Assembly: GCA_050012475.1 (NCBI GenBank)
Contig: JBEKHC010000034.1
Coordinates: 1-46,578 of the forward strand
DNA length: 46,578 bases
Source of the DNA: Candidatus Velthaea sp.
GTDB taxonomy: Bacteria > Vulcanimicrobiota > Vulcanimicrobiia > Vulcanimicrobiales > Vulcanimicrobiaceae
Reading direction: 5' to 3'
The notes under the pieces are model-generated. The model searched no databases and was not told where the DNA came from. It saw only the letters and a list, made by a program, of their open reading frames with translations. Of the stretch, positions 17,950-27,975 are shown piece by piece. How positions within the stretch are numbered: position 1 is the stretch's first letter; each line of letters starts with the position of its first letter. A program made the translations under genes and the position numbers.

Positions 17950-19992
17950 TTAGGTGAGATGCAGCGTGGTTAAGATAACGTCGACGAGTTTGATGCCGAT
18001 GAACGGGACGATGATGCCGCCCAGACCGTAGACGAGCGCATTCTCGCGCAGCACCGCGTCGGCGCCGCGCGGCTTGTACGCGACGCCGCGCAGCGCCAGC
18101 GGGATGAGCGCGATGATGATCAGGGCGTTGAAGATGATCGCCGACAGGATCGCGCTTTGCGGCGTCGAGAGCCGCATGATGTTGAGCGCGCCCATGACGG
18201 GATAGGCGGTGGCGAACATCGCAGGCAGGATCGCGAAGTACTTGGCGACGTCGTTGGCGATCGAGAACGTCGTGAGCGCCCCGCGCGTCATCAAGAGCTG
18301 CTTGCCGACTTCGACGACTTCGATGAGTTTGGTCGGGTCGGAATCGAGGTCGACCATATTGCCGGCCTCTTTGGCTGCCTGGGTGCCGGAATTCATCGCC
18401 ACGCCGACGTCGGCTTGAGCCAGCGCCGGCGCATCGTTGGTGCCGTCACCGGTCATCGCGACGAGCCGGCCCGAGCCTTGCTCGCGACGGATCAGCGCCA
18501 TCTTCGTCTCGGGCGTGGCCTCGGCCAGAAAATCGTCGACGCCGGCTTCGGTTGCGATTGCGCTCGCGGTGAGCGGATTGTCGCCGGTGATCATGATCGT
18601 GCGGATGCCCATCGCGCGCAAGCGCGCGAAGCGGTCGCGCATGTTTGGTTTGAGAATGTCTTTGAGGTCGATGGCGCCGAGAATGCCGCGTTCGCTCGCG
18701 AGCAAGAGCGGCGTGGCTCCGGCGCGCGCGATGCGTTCGACGGCGGCGTCGAGCACATTGGTCGCCGAAGCTCCGGGCTGCTGCTGAACCCAGGCTTTGA
18801 CCGAATCCGGCGCGCCTTTGCGGATCTTGCTGCCGTCGGCGAAATCCAGTCCGCTCATCCGCGTGTACGCGCTGAACGGAACGAAGACGGCGCCTTCGGG
18901 AATCTGCGCGCTCGCCGCGTCGGCGCCGGCGCCGGATGCTGCCAGCAGCACGATCGAGCGTCCTTCGGGCGTTTCGTCGGCCAACGACGACAAGTATGCC
19001 GCGCGGTACACGTTGGGTTTTTCCAATCCGGGTGCAACGACGATCTCGGTGGCTTGCCGGTTGCCCAGGGTGATCGTCCCCGTCTTGTCCAGCAGCAGCG
19101 TGTCGACGTCGCCGGCGGCTTCCACCGCGCGGCCGCTCATCGCCAGGACGTTGCGCTGCAAAACCCGGTCCATCCCCGCGATACCGATCGCCGAGAGCAA
19201 ACCGCCGATGGTCGTCGGAATCAGACAGACGAGCAGCGCGATGAGCACGACGATGCTGGGCACGGCGCCGGCATAGATGGAAAACGGCGCCAGGGTTGCG
19301 ACTGCGACGAGGAACACGATGGTGAGTCCGGCGAGCAGAATCGAAAGCGCGATCTCATTCGGCGTTTTTTGCCGCTGAGCGCCTTCGACGAGCGAGATCA
19401 TGCGATCGAGAAAGGATTCGCCGGGATTCGCGCCCACGATGAACTCGATCTGGTCCGAAAGCACGCGCGTGCCGCCGGTCACCGAACTGCGGTCGCCGCC
19501 CGATTCGCGGATGACCGGCGCCGACTCGCCGGTGATCGCCGATTCGTCGACGGTGGCGGCGCCCAAGACCACTTCGCCGTCGGCTGGGATGAGTTCGCCG
19601 GCCGCGACGCGCACGCGGTCCCCTTTGCGCAGCAGGGTCGCGCTGATCGTTTCGACGCGGTCGCCGGCAACGCGTTTGGCCGAAGTGTCGGATTTGGTGC
19701 GCCGCAAGAAGTCGGCTTGGGCCTTGCCGCGGCCTTCGGCGACCGCCTCGGCGAAGTTCGCGAAGACCACCGTGAACCACAGCCAGAGCGAAATCGCGAC
19801 GTCGAAGCTGCCTTGACCGTTGGCGTGCAAAAAGTCGCGCACGGCAAAGATGGCCGACACCAGCGCACCGACTTCGACGATGAACATAACCGGATTGCGC
19901 AGCTGCCAGCGCGGATCGAGCTTTTTGAACGATTCGACGACCGCCGGGGCGATGATCTCGCGGTCGAAGAGGGCGCGTTGACGCGACACCAT
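17950..19992 (-). CDS. kdpB: K+-transporting ATPase subunit B
   Basis: [24 protein letters not shown]. Confidence 0.98.
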   Translation of the reverse strand: MVSRQRALFDREIIAPAVVESFKKLDPRWQLRNPVMFIVEVGALVSAIFAVRDFLHANGQGSFDVAISLWLWFTVVFANFAEAVAEGRGKAQADFLRRTKSDTSAKRVAGDRVETISATLLRKGDRVRVAAGELIPADGEVVLGAATVDESAITGESAPVIRESGGDRSSVTGGTRVLSDQIEFIVGANPGESFLDRMISLVEGAQRQKTPNEIALSILLAGLTIVFLVAVATLAPFSIYAGAVPSIVVLIALLVCLIPTTIGGLLSAIGIAGMDRVLQRNVLAMSGRAVEAAGDVDTLLLDKTGTITLGNRQATEIVVAPGLEKPNVYRAAYLSSLADETPEGRSIVLLAASGAGADAASAQIPEGAVFVPFSAYTRMSGLDFADGSKIRKGAPDSVKAWVQQQPGASATNVLDAAVERIARAGATPLLLASERGILGAIDLKDILKPNMRDRFARLRAMGIRTIMITGDNPLTASAIATEAGVDDFLAEATPETKMALIRREQGSGRLVAMTGDGTNDAPALAQADVGVAMNSGTQAAKEAGNMVDLDSDPTKLIEVVEVGKQLLMTRGALTTFSIANDVAKYFAILPAMFATAYPVMGALNIMRLSTPQSAILSAIIFNALIIIALIPLALRGVAYKPRGADAVLRENALVYGLGGIIVPFIGIKLVDVILTTLHLT

Positions 19993-21692
19993 TAGAATGT
20001 CTCCCCTTTGAGCATCTGGAGGTGCTCGACGATGGGTCCGAGGGCGTCGGCGGGCAAGAACGTTAGCAGCCCGACGATGACGATCACGCTCAGCAGCAGT
20101 GCGACGAAGACCGGCGACGTCGTGGTGAACGTGCCGGCCGTCACCGGCACGGCCTTCTTCCCGGCCAAAGCGCCGGCGAGCGCGATCATGGGCACGATGA
20201 TCGCGAAGCGCCCGAAGAACATCGAAGTGGCGGTGGCGATGTTATAGAACGTGTTGCCCGACAGACCGCCGAAGGCCGAGCCGTTGTTTCCGGTGGACGA
20301 CGAGAAAGCGTAGAGGATTTCCGAGAATCCGTGCGCGCCGTTGTTGCCCAGCGTCGCAAGACCGTCTTTGGCGACCGACGCAATCGCGGTCGGCACCAAT
20401 GAGAAGAGCGGCACCACCAGAATCGCCAAGATCGCGAGCTGGACTTCGCGCCGTTCGATCTTCTTGCCCAGATATTCGGGGGTTCGCCCGACCATCAAAC
20501 CGGCGATGAAGACGGTCAAGATCACGAACAAGATCAAGCCGTAGAATCCGCTGCCGACGCCGCCGAAGATAATCTCGCCGAGTTGAATGTCGAGCATTGG
20601 GATCAGGCCGCCCAGCGGCGTGAACGAATCGTGCTGCGCGTTCACCGCACCGCACGACGTGTCGGTCGTCATCGTCGCGAAGAGCGACGATGCGGCGATG
20701 CCGAAGCGCGTATCTTTGCCTTCCATGTTCGGTCCGGCCACGCCCAGCTGGTGCACGATCGGATTGCCGCCGGACTCAGCGGCATACACGCTGGTAAATC
20801 CCGCCACGAACACCAGCGACATCGCGACGAGCAATGCCCAGCCTTGACGCTGATCCCGAGCGAAGCGCCCGAACGTATACGTCAGCGCGCCGGCGATCGC
20901 AAAGATCGCGAACATTTCGATCAGGTTCGAGAACGGCGTCGGGTTTTCGTTGGGTGAGATCGAGTTCGCGCCGACGAAACCGCCGCCGTTGGTCCCCAGT
21001 TCCTTGATGATCTCCTGCGATGCCATCGGGCCGCCGGTGAGCGTTTGCGTGACGCCTTCGAGTCCCTTGACGTCGATGTACGCGCTGAAATTTTGCGGTA
21101 CGCCCTGCCAGAGCAGCAGCAGCGCGCCGACGATCGAGATCGGTAGCAGTACGTAGAGCGTCGCGCGTGTCAGATCGACCCAAAAATTACCCAAGGTCTT
21201 GCGATCCGTGCGCACGAGACCGCGCATGAAGGCGATCGAAAGCGCGATGCCGACCGCGGCCGAGACGAAGTTATGCCAGGCTAAGCCGATCATCTGCGAC
21301 AGATAGCTCATCGTCGACTCGCCGGAGTAGAACTGCCAGTTGGTGTTGGTGAGAAAGCTGATCGCGGTATTCCACGCCAAGTCCGGGGCGAAGTTCCCGA
21401 AATGCTGCGGATTGAGCGGCAGCCACGCCTGCGTTCGCAGCAGGACGTACAAATAGACCAGGCCCACGAAGCTGAAAGCGAACATCGCCAAGACGTACGA
21501 GCGCCAGCCCATCTCGCGCTCCGGCGAGACGCGGCAGAGCTTGTAGAGCGCGCCTTCGACGGGTGCCAGGACGGGACTGAGAAAGACGCGCTCGCCCGTA
21601 AAGACGCGGTACATGTAGATGCCCAGCGGCTTCACGCACAGGAGCACCAGGCCGAAGGTCAAGGCGGCTTGGAGCCAACCGATCATCGTCAC
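19992..21692 (-). CDS. kdpA: K+-transporting ATPase subunit A
   Basis: [35 protein letters not shown]. Confidence 0.98.
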   Translation of the reverse strand: MTMIGWLQAALTFGLVLLCVKPLGIYMYRVFTGERVFLSPVLAPVEGALYKLCRVSPEREMGWRSYVLAMFAFSFVGLVYLYVLLRTQAWLPLNPQHFGNFAPDLAWNTAISFLTNTNWQFYSGESTMSYLSQMIGLAWHNFVSAAVGIALSIAFMRGLVRTDRKTLGNFWVDLTRATLYVLLPISIVGALLLLWQGVPQNFSAYIDVKGLEGVTQTLTGGPMASQEIIKELGTNGGGFVGANSISPNENPTPFSNLIEMFAIFAIAGALTYTFGRFARDQRQGWALLVAMSLVFVAGFTSVYAAESGGNPIVHQLGVAGPNMEGKDTRFGIAASSLFATMTTDTSCGAVNAQHDSFTPLGGLIPMLDIQLGEIIFGGVGSGFYGLILFVILTVFIAGLMVGRTPEYLGKKIERREVQLAILAILVVPLFSLVPTAIASVAKDGLATLGNNGAHGFSEILYAFSSSTGNNGSAFGGLSGNTFYNIATATSMFFGRFAIIVPMIALAGALAGKKAVPVTAGTFTTTSPVFVALLLSVIVIVGLLTFLPADALGPIVEHLQMLKGETF

Positions 21693-21693
21693 G

Positions 21694-21783
21694 TTAAAAT
21701 CTCTCCGGGCGCAGCATTGCGTACGTCAGGTACGCCAGCGCTCCAAGCGATAGCAGAAGGCCGGTAAGCAGCTCGCCGGTCAT
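21694..21783 (-). CDS. kdpF: KdpF, 29 aa (MTGELLTGLLLSLGALAYLTYAMLRPERF)
   Basis: Translated by hand; YLxYAMLRPERF signature; directly upstream of kdpA. Confidence 0.92.
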   Translation of the reverse strand: MTGELLTGLLLSLGALAYLTYAMLRPERF

Positions 21784-21869
21784 AGTTTTTCACACGCCGC
21801 TGCGTAGCGGTCCATGAGAAAAAAGAAGAGCAGCGTCAGCACGATGAGGGAAATCTCGAGCACGAGCAT
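21780..21869 (-). CDS. Small membrane peptide upstream of kdpF, 29 aa (MLVLEISLIVLTLLFFFLMDRYAAACEKL)
   Basis: GGAG RBS; stop overlaps kdpF ATG (ATGA); single TM helix. Confidence 0.75.
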   Translation of the reverse strand: MLVLEISLIVLTLLFFFLMDRYAAACEKL

Positions 21870-21945
21870 CGTTGATGATCTCCGGGACGCCCCAAAGGAC
21901 GGGGTCATCCACGATGCTACGCGCGCCGGCTTGCTTGCGGGAGCC

Positions 21946-21968
21946 GCCGAACGGACGATCCGTTCGGC
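21946..21968. promoter_or_regulatory. Inverted repeat in kdp/mgtC divergent promoter, candidate operator
   Basis: GCCGAACGGA-CGA-TCCGTTCGGC; minus-strand TAGCAT -10 candidate at 21919-21914. Confidence 0.5.
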
Positions 21969-22024
21969 TACGGCGTCGGACCCGAGAGGTGAGGCTCACT
22001 GCCCGGCCCAAGGGACCCCGCACC

Positions 22025-22783
22025 ATGCAAGCGATCAGCACGAACTCCGGCCTGGGCGCCGTTTCGCATGTCGATTTCGCTCTGCGGGTCTTCGTCGCGC
22101 TTGTTTTTGGGGCGCTCATCGGTTTGGAACGCCAGTGGCGGCAGCGACTGGCCGGGCTGCGCACGAATGCTCTCGTCGCAACCGGGACGAGCTTATTCAT
22201 TCTCATTACGCCGCTTGTCGGGGGAACGGCAAACCCGACGCAAATTGCGGCCTACATCGTTTCGGGCATCGGCTTTCTGGCCGGCGGCGTCATCTTCAAA
22301 GAGCGCCTGAGCGTGAGCGGCCTCAATACGGCGGCGACCCTGTGGTGCACGGCCGCTGTCGGCGCGTTGGCCGGCTTCGGATTTTTCGTTGAAGCCGCGG
22401 TCGGGGTCGCCGCGGTGCTCGTTGCCAATGTCGTCCTGCGGCCGGTGGTCCGGCGCATCAACCGGCAGCCGCTGGAGGGCACCGAGGTCGTTACCAGTTA
22501 CGAAATCGAGGCAATCTGCCGGCAAGAGGTCGAGGAGCGGATCCGCACGACGACGATTTCTGCGATTCGCGGTGCCGCGATGTCGCTCATCGCCGTCTAT
22601 AGTGAAGACATCCCGTCGAGTGAACGCGTGGAGATCACGGCGGATGTGACCGTCACGGGACGTGCCGACGCGCGGCTGGAAAAAATCGTCTCCAAGATCG
22701 GTCTGGAGTCTGGGGTCTTCGCCGTAAGTTGGAAAGTGGTGCCGACCAGTGACGATGAACGCGAACTGCTATCGGACGCTTGA
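22025..22783 (+). CDS. mgtC: MgtC/SapB family protein
   Basis: IGLERQ...AGLRTNALV, SGIGFLAGG, GLNTAATLW; ACT-like C-domain. Confidence 0.93.
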   Translation: MQAISTNSGLGAVSHVDFALRVFVALVFGALIGLERQWRQRLAGLRTNALVATGTSLFILITPLVGGTANPTQIAAYIVSGIGFLAGGVIFKERLSVSGLNTAATLWCTAAVGALAGFGFFVEAAVGVAAVLVANVVLRPVVRRINRQPLEGTEVVTSYEIEAICRQEVEERIRTTTISAIRGAAMSLIAVYSEDIPSSERVEITADVTVTGRADARLEKIVSKIGLESGVFAVSWKVVPTSDDERELLSDA

Positions 22784-22793
22784 CAAGAGCACG

Positions 22794-22819
22794 CAATCCG
22801 TTTGCGCCGGCGCCGCGTT
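22794..22819 (+). promoter_or_regulatory. Putative ECF-sigma promoter (CAATCC-N16-CGTT)
   Basis: Same motif and spacing upstream of the fasciclin gene. Confidence 0.55.
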
Positions 22820-22831
22820 AAAGCGTCAACG

Positions 22832-24418
22832 ATGAGCGTCCGGCATTGCGCCTTCGCAACGGTGTTTGCGAAGTATCTTCTTTGTTTGATCGTGGTCGGC
22901 TTGGTTGCCTTTGCGCATCCGGCGCAGGCTCATCCGCTCGGTAATTTCACGGTCAATCATCTGACGCGGCTGACGGTCGTCAACGGCAGCATCGACGTGC
23001 ACTACGTGCTGGATTTGGCGGAGATCCCCACCGTCGGGCTCGAGCACGGCATCAGCGCCGACGGCCGGCCGGGCGCGCTGGACTATTCCCGCTGGGCGAC
23101 GGCGCACGCCGCCGCAATCGCGCCGCAGCTCGAGCTTGACGCCGACGGTTCGTCCCTTGCGCTCGAACGCGAGCGCACGTCGCTGCGAACCCGGCCCGGA
23201 GCCGCCGGATTGCGGACGATCTATTTTACGGCCGACTATCGGGCGGCGTTGCCGCCGCATCCGCATCGCTTGGCCTATTTCGATCGAACCGAGGCCGGGC
23301 GCTTGGGCTGGAAAGACGTGGTCCTCGCACCGGCAACGGAACCGACGAACGAATTGCGTGTTTATCCGAATGCGCTCGTCGGTTCACCGCGCAGCCGCTC
23401 GTCGCTGGCCGCGGCGTTCGATGGGGCCGGGGTCGTTCGCCAAACGGCGGATCCGTCCGGCGCTCCGGCGGTACCGCAGGCGTCGGTTGCGCGAATGGAT
23501 GCGCTTTCCGAACTGTTGAGCCGCGGCGACGGCGGCCCGCTCTTTCTGATCGGCGCCTTGCTGCTGGCGGTGGGCCTCGGGGCCTTACACGCACTGGAGC
23601 CGGGCCACGGCAAAACGCTGCTGGCCGTATCGCTGGTCGGCGCGCGTGCGACGGCACCGCAAGCGGTGATTCTCGCCTCGTCATTGACCGTGGCGCATAC
23701 CGTGGGCGTCCTCGCGCTCGGCGTGGTCGTGCTGTTTGCGGCGCGTTGGATCGTGCCCGAAGCAATTTATCCGTGGATCACCTTGGGTTCGGGTATTCTG
23801 GTCGCGATGCTCGGCGCGCGCGCCTTGGCGGCGGAGATGCGCCGGCGGCGGCCGATTGCGCACGTGCACGTCCACGTACACGACCACGCCCATCCTCACG
23901 CGCATGACCATGCGCACGGATTGGGCGTCGAGGAACACGATCACGCGTTCCTTACGGACGAAGCACATGCCCGCGCGCACGCCCCGTCCGGAACGGCTCC
24001 GCTCACCTTTCGCACGGCGGTGATGGCGGCGGCGAGCGGCAACCTCGCACCGTGTCCGGCCGCGCTCGTGGTGCTGCTCGCCGCGATTGCGCTGCATCGG
24101 ATTGCTTTGGGAATGGCGCTCATCGTCGCGTTCAGCATCGGTCTCGCCGCAACGCTGACGGTGCTGGGATTAGCGGTCGTGCGCGGTGCGGCATGGCTGT
24201 CCGGACGGCCGCAATTCGCTTCGCTCGCGCGCTGGGCACCGTTCGCCTCCGCCGCCGCGATCGCGCTCGTGGGTGCGGTGATGGTTGGTGAAGGCCTCGT
24301 CGCGCAAGGCGTTCCGGCGCCGGCGCCGGTCGTCGCCGCGCTGACGTTCGCGGCCATTATCGGTTACGCGTTCGCACTGCCGCACGGGCCGGTCGGGGCC
24401 AGGACGCAACACGTATGA
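22832..24418 (+). CDS. RcnA-like Ni/Co transporter with N-terminal exported domain and His-rich loop
   Basis: Signal AQA|HPLGNF, HALEPGHGKT, HVHVHVHDHAHPHAHDHAH, APCPAAL. Confidence 0.85.
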   Translation: MSVRHCAFATVFAKYLLCLIVVGLVAFAHPAQAHPLGNFTVNHLTRLTVVNGSIDVHYVLDLAEIPTVGLEHGISADGRPGALDYSRWATAHAAAIAPQLELDADGSSLALERERTSLRTRPGAAGLRTIYFTADYRAALPPHPHRLAYFDRTEAGRLGWKDVVLAPATEPTNELRVYPNALVGSPRSRSSLAAAFDGAGVVRQTADPSGAPAVPQASVARMDALSELLSRGDGGPLFLIGALLLAVGLGALHALEPGHGKTLLAVSLVGARATAPQAVILASSLTVAHTVGVLALGVVVLFAARWIVPEAIYPWITLGSGILVAMLGARALAAEMRRRRPIAHVHVHVHDHAHPHAHDHAHGLGVEEHDHAFLTDEAHARAHAPSGTAPLTFRTAVMAAASGNLAPCPAALVVLLAAIALHRIALGMALIVAFSIGLAATLTVLGLAVVRGAAWLSGRPQFASLARWAPFASAAAIALVGAVMVGEGLVAQGVPAPAPVVAALTFAAIIGYAFALPHGPVGARTQHV

Positions 24419-25242
24419 TCGGATTGAGCGCTTTTACGGTGTTCGCGCTGGGACTGCGCCATGGTGCCGATCCCGACCATCTGGCGGCGATCGACAACGT
24501 CACCCGCAATGCCTATGTGAAGACGCCGCTGTTGAGCCGGTTCGTCGGGACGATGTTCGCGGCGGGGCACTCGATCATGGTTCTCGCGCTTTCGGCACTG
24601 GCCGGATTGCTGGGCGCGCGATTCTCGGCGCACGGACAGCTCATCGAAACGGTCGGAACCTGGGTCAGCATCGTTGTTTTGCTCGCGATTGCGGCGCTCA
24701 ACGTGCGCCAATTGCGCAGCGGTAACGGATCACGGCTGGCCGGTGCGAAGACGCGCTTGCTGCCGCGTGCGCTTCGCGAAGGAACCAGTGCGCTGCTCGC
24801 AATTCCGATCGGCTTGCTGTTCGGGTTTGGGTTCGAGACCTCGAGTCAAGTCGCGACGTACGCGGTTGCCTTCGGAGCAGATGCCGGCATTTGGGGCGCC
24901 GTTCTCGTCGGCGCGATGTTCTGCTTGGGAATGATCGTTACCGATACCCTCGATAGCGTCGTCGTCCATCGCTTGATTTCGTTTCGTTCCGATCGTCTGC
25001 CGAAAATTATGCGCATCTGGATCGGCTCGGTGACAATCCTTGCGCTCGTCGTCGCCGTTTATGAGATGTTGCAAGTTTGCGGGTGGCGATCGCCGCTAAG
25101 CGATCTTCAAGTCAGCGCCGTGCTCGTCGCGGCTCTCGCCGCGGTGTTCGGTTACATTCTGGTTCAGACACGCAGACAATTGCACCACTCACCAGCCGAA
25201 GCGCCGCCACCGGCGGCGCTCCCTTCAGGAGATGGTCCATGA
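24415..25242 (+). CDS. NiCoT (HoxN/NixA/HupN) Ni/Co permease
   Basis: LGLRHGADPDHLAAID, FAAGHS, FGFGFETSSQ. Confidence 0.9.
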   Translation: MIGLSAFTVFALGLRHGADPDHLAAIDNVTRNAYVKTPLLSRFVGTMFAAGHSIMVLALSALAGLLGARFSAHGQLIETVGTWVSIVVLLAIAALNVRQLRSGNGSRLAGAKTRLLPRALREGTSALLAIPIGLLFGFGFETSSQVATYAVAFGADAGIWGAVLVGAMFCLGMIVTDTLDSVVVHRLISFRSDRLPKIMRIWIGSVTILALVVAVYEMLQVCGWRSPLSDLQVSAVLVAALAAVFGYILVQTRRQLHHSPAEAPPPAALPSGDGP

Positions 25243-26036
25243 AAGTACGCTCAGGTGCGCTGGGCGGGCTCGCTGCGATTGTTGCACTCGTCCTCACGGC
25301 CGTGGTCTACAATCTGTTGCCCGTTCGCGGCTCCGATCACCAAGATTCACCCACGACCGTCGCCCGTCCGGGTGCAGACATCACCGACGTCTATGTTTAT
25401 CCGGCGGCGAGTCCCGCCAACGTGGTGCTGCAGATGGATATCGATCCGCTGCTTGCGCCGGGCGGCCCGACGTCGACCGCAGCCCTCGATCCCCAAGTTC
25501 TGTATCAGTTCAAGATCGCGCACGGAGCGGCGGGGATCGAAGACATGGTCATTCAGCTGGTCCCGACCGGCGCGGGAACGAGCCAGAAGATCGCCGTGTA
25601 CGGTCCCTTCAAGCCGTCGACGACCGGGACGATGTCGACGATCGGCACCAGTTCGCTGATGGGAACGGTGCCTTTCAATATCACGAGCGGGACGACGCTG
25701 CCGAACGGAATGAAAGTCTTCGTCGGCCCGCGTTCCGACCCGTTCTTTTTCGACCTCTTCGCGTTCTTCAAGTTTCTTCCCGATCGCGACTACAAAACGG
25801 CGGGCACGTCGGCGCCGGCCGGAACCCCGCTCTCGTTCAACTTTACGCCGGCAGAGATCAGCGCGAATCCAGCCTTTGCGACCTGCCTCGTCGGCACGCC
25901 GACCGATGCGCTCTCGAGCAATCACTTCAACGTGCTTTCGATCGTCATCGAAGCGCCGCGAGCGCTCATCGCGCCGAGTTCCGGTTCGTCCAAGATCAAC
26001 GTCTGGGCGACCACATCCACGACGACGGGGGCATAA
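25239..26036 (+). CDS. DUF4331-family protein, N-terminal half (secreted)
   Basis: SDHQDSP, ADITDVYVY, YQFKI, FVGPRSDPFFFD, NVLSIVIE; ATGA overlap. Confidence 0.75.
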   Translation: MKVRSGALGGLAAIVALVLTAVVYNLLPVRGSDHQDSPTTVARPGADITDVYVYPAASPANVVLQMDIDPLLAPGGPTSTAALDPQVLYQFKIAHGAAGIEDMVIQLVPTGAGTSQKIAVYGPFKPSTTGTMSTIGTSSLMGTVPFNITSGTTLPNGMKVFVGPRSDPFFFDLFAFFKFLPDRDYKTAGTSAPAGTPLSFNFTPAEISANPAFATCLVGTPTDALSSNHFNVLSIVIEAPRALIAPSSGSSKINVWATTSTTTGA

Positions 26037-26045
26037 GGAGCAGCG

Positions 26046-26642
26046 ATGCGACAGACACTCATAACGTTCGGCGCCATTTACGCGCTCGTGCTCGGTGCGG
26101 CAAGCTGCAGCGGAAGCAGCACCAACTCGGCGCCGGCGCAAGGCCCCACGCAATACCAGCAGATCGAACGCCTGGCCCGGCCCGCGGTCAAAGAGTTGTT
26201 CCAAGCGTTCGCCAATCACGATGGAACGAATCGGACGTCGCCGGCGGCACAGCCGCTGTCGGGCCAGACGCTCTACACGGCGATCGGCTCGTTCACGACG
26301 TCGGTCGCGGGACGCGACGCGGCGCATGCCGCGACACTTCAGGCGATCCTGATCCCCGACGAAGTCTCCGCCGATCTTTCGCAAGCCGGCACGGGTTCGT
26401 ACCTGGGCGTCGAGACCGGCGGCGCAACCGCCGCCGATAAAGACAAGTTCGGCGGCCGCACGTTAGCCGACGACGTGATCGACATCTCGCTCGGGGCGGT
26501 GTTCGGCAATACGCTCAGCGCGCTGGGCCTCATCCCCGACGACGGCAAAGAAGTTCCATGCCTGACGACGGACAACGTTCCCCAGCAAAATGCGGCCGAC
26601 AACGTTACCACCACCTTCCCCTATGTCGGAGCGCCGCATTAA
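26046..26642 (+). CDS. DUF4331-family protein, C-terminal half (probable lipoprotein)
   Basis: AAS-C lipobox-like; QIERLARPAV, GGRTLADDVID, FPYVGAPH; AGGAG RBS. Confidence 0.75.
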   Translation: MRQTLITFGAIYALVLGAASCSGSSTNSAPAQGPTQYQQIERLARPAVKELFQAFANHDGTNRTSPAAQPLSGQTLYTAIGSFTTSVAGRDAAHAATLQAILIPDEVSADLSQAGTGSYLGVETGGATAADKDKFGGRTLADDVIDISLGAVFGNTLSALGLIPDDGKEVPCLTTDNVPQQNAADNVTTTFPYVGAPH

Positions 26643-27975
26643 CTTCCGGCTCCATTCGAGTTGGCTCGTCGCCGCGACCGCGCTTGCCGCGCTCGCGGCC
26701 TGGCCGCTCGTCTTGCAGTTGCAGACCGGGTCGGCCGCAAGCGCCGATCCGGTCATGCGCTTGACCCCCGCTCCGGTCAAGCCGGACTACCGTTATCGCG
26801 ATTCGAACGTCGCCTTTCTTGAATCGCGCTATAAGAAAAACGCGCAGGATATGATCGTTCCGCGGATGCTTTCGAGCGAATACCTGCAGCGCTACCGCGA
26901 ACGGGGCGACGTCGGCGACGTCCTGCGGGCGCAGGCGGCGGCCCAACAATCGCTGGCCGCGATGCCGCGGGACAATATGGCCGGCGACCTGGCGCTGGCA
27001 AGTGCCGACTTGGCACTCCACCGCTTTCGCGAAGCGCGAGCGCTCATCGAGGCGGCTCGCCGCGTGCAGCCGGATAACAAAGAGTTCGCTTTTAGTGAGG
27101 CGTCCGTCGATCTCGAACTCGGCGACTACGACGCCGCGCGCAAGCTCATCGACGCCAACAGCGGAAAGGGCGCCGGGTCCGAAGACGTCGTCGTCTCGCG
27201 CTGGGATGAAATAACCGGACACGTGTCCGACGCTCGTGCGCGGCTCGATCACGCCATGCACTTCAGCGACAGCCTGTACGACATGCCCGCCGAACGGCGC
27301 GCCTGGTATCACTTCCGTATGGGCGAACTCGACTATCTGGCCGGCGACAATGCGGGGGCGATCGCCGCCGAAGGGGAGGCATTAGCGGTTTTTCCCACCG
27401 ATGTCCTCGCGCTCAACGCTTTGGCGCGTTTTGAATTGGCCGACAAACAGTACGCCGCCGCCGCGCAGGCCGCGCAGCGCGCCGTCGCCCTCGTGCCGTC
27501 ACCGGAAACGCTCGGCATCCTCGCCGACGCGCAAACCGCTCGGGGCGATCGTGCGGGCGGCGACGTGACGCGCGCGGAGCTTGATGCCGAGGCGAAGATC
27601 GGCAACGCGCAGCACGTCAACGACCGGCTCATCGCGGTCTATTTGGCCGATCATGGCGTGCGTCCGTCCGAGGCTTATGCCATCGCGCGGCGCGAACTCG
27701 CGGTTCGCGACGACGTGTACGCCGAAGACACCCTGGCGTGGTGCGCGGCGCGCGCCGGGAAGTGGGACGTGGCCCGCGCCGCGGCAGCGAAGGCGGTGCG
27801 CTTCGACACCGAGGATCCGCGACTTCAGTTTCATGCCGGCGTGATCGCCCAACATTTCGGCGACGCCGCGCAGGCGAATCGCCGTTTTCAGCGCGCGCTC
27901 ACGCTCAATTCGCACTTTTCCGCAACGCAAGCCGACGATGCCCGTGCGCGACTAACCTCGATCTCTTTCCGCTAG
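26623..27975 (+). CDS. Membrane-anchored/exported TPR protein
   Basis: N-terminal hydrophobic helix; repeated TPR-like helices; RDDVYAEDTLAW, FHAGVIA. Confidence 0.8.
   Translation: MSERRINFRLHSSWLVAATALAALAAWPLVLQLQTGSAASADPVMRLTPAPVKPDYRYRDSNVAFLESRYKKNAQDMIVPRMLSSEYLQRYRERGDVGDVLRAQAAAQQSLAAMPRDNMAGDLALASADLALHRFREARALIEAARRVQPDNKEFAFSEASVDLELGDYDAARKLIDANSGKGAGSEDVVVSRWDEITGHVSDARARLDHAMHFSDSLYDMPAERRAWYHFRMGELDYLAGDNAGAIAAEGEALAVFPTDVLALNALARFELADKQYAAAAQAAQRAVALVPSPETLGILADAQTARGDRAGGDVTRAELDAEAKIGNAQHVNDRLIAVYLADHGVRPSEAYAIARRELAVRDDVYAEDTLAWCAARAGKWDVARAAAAKAVRFDTEDPRLQFHAGVIAQHFGDAAQANRRFQRALTLNSHFSATQADDARARLTSISFR

Noticed and set aside
21870..22024. c-di-AMP (ydaO) riboswitch upstream of kdp
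   Set aside because: Only a TTGGGG hairpin is present; the other conserved aptamer segments are missing
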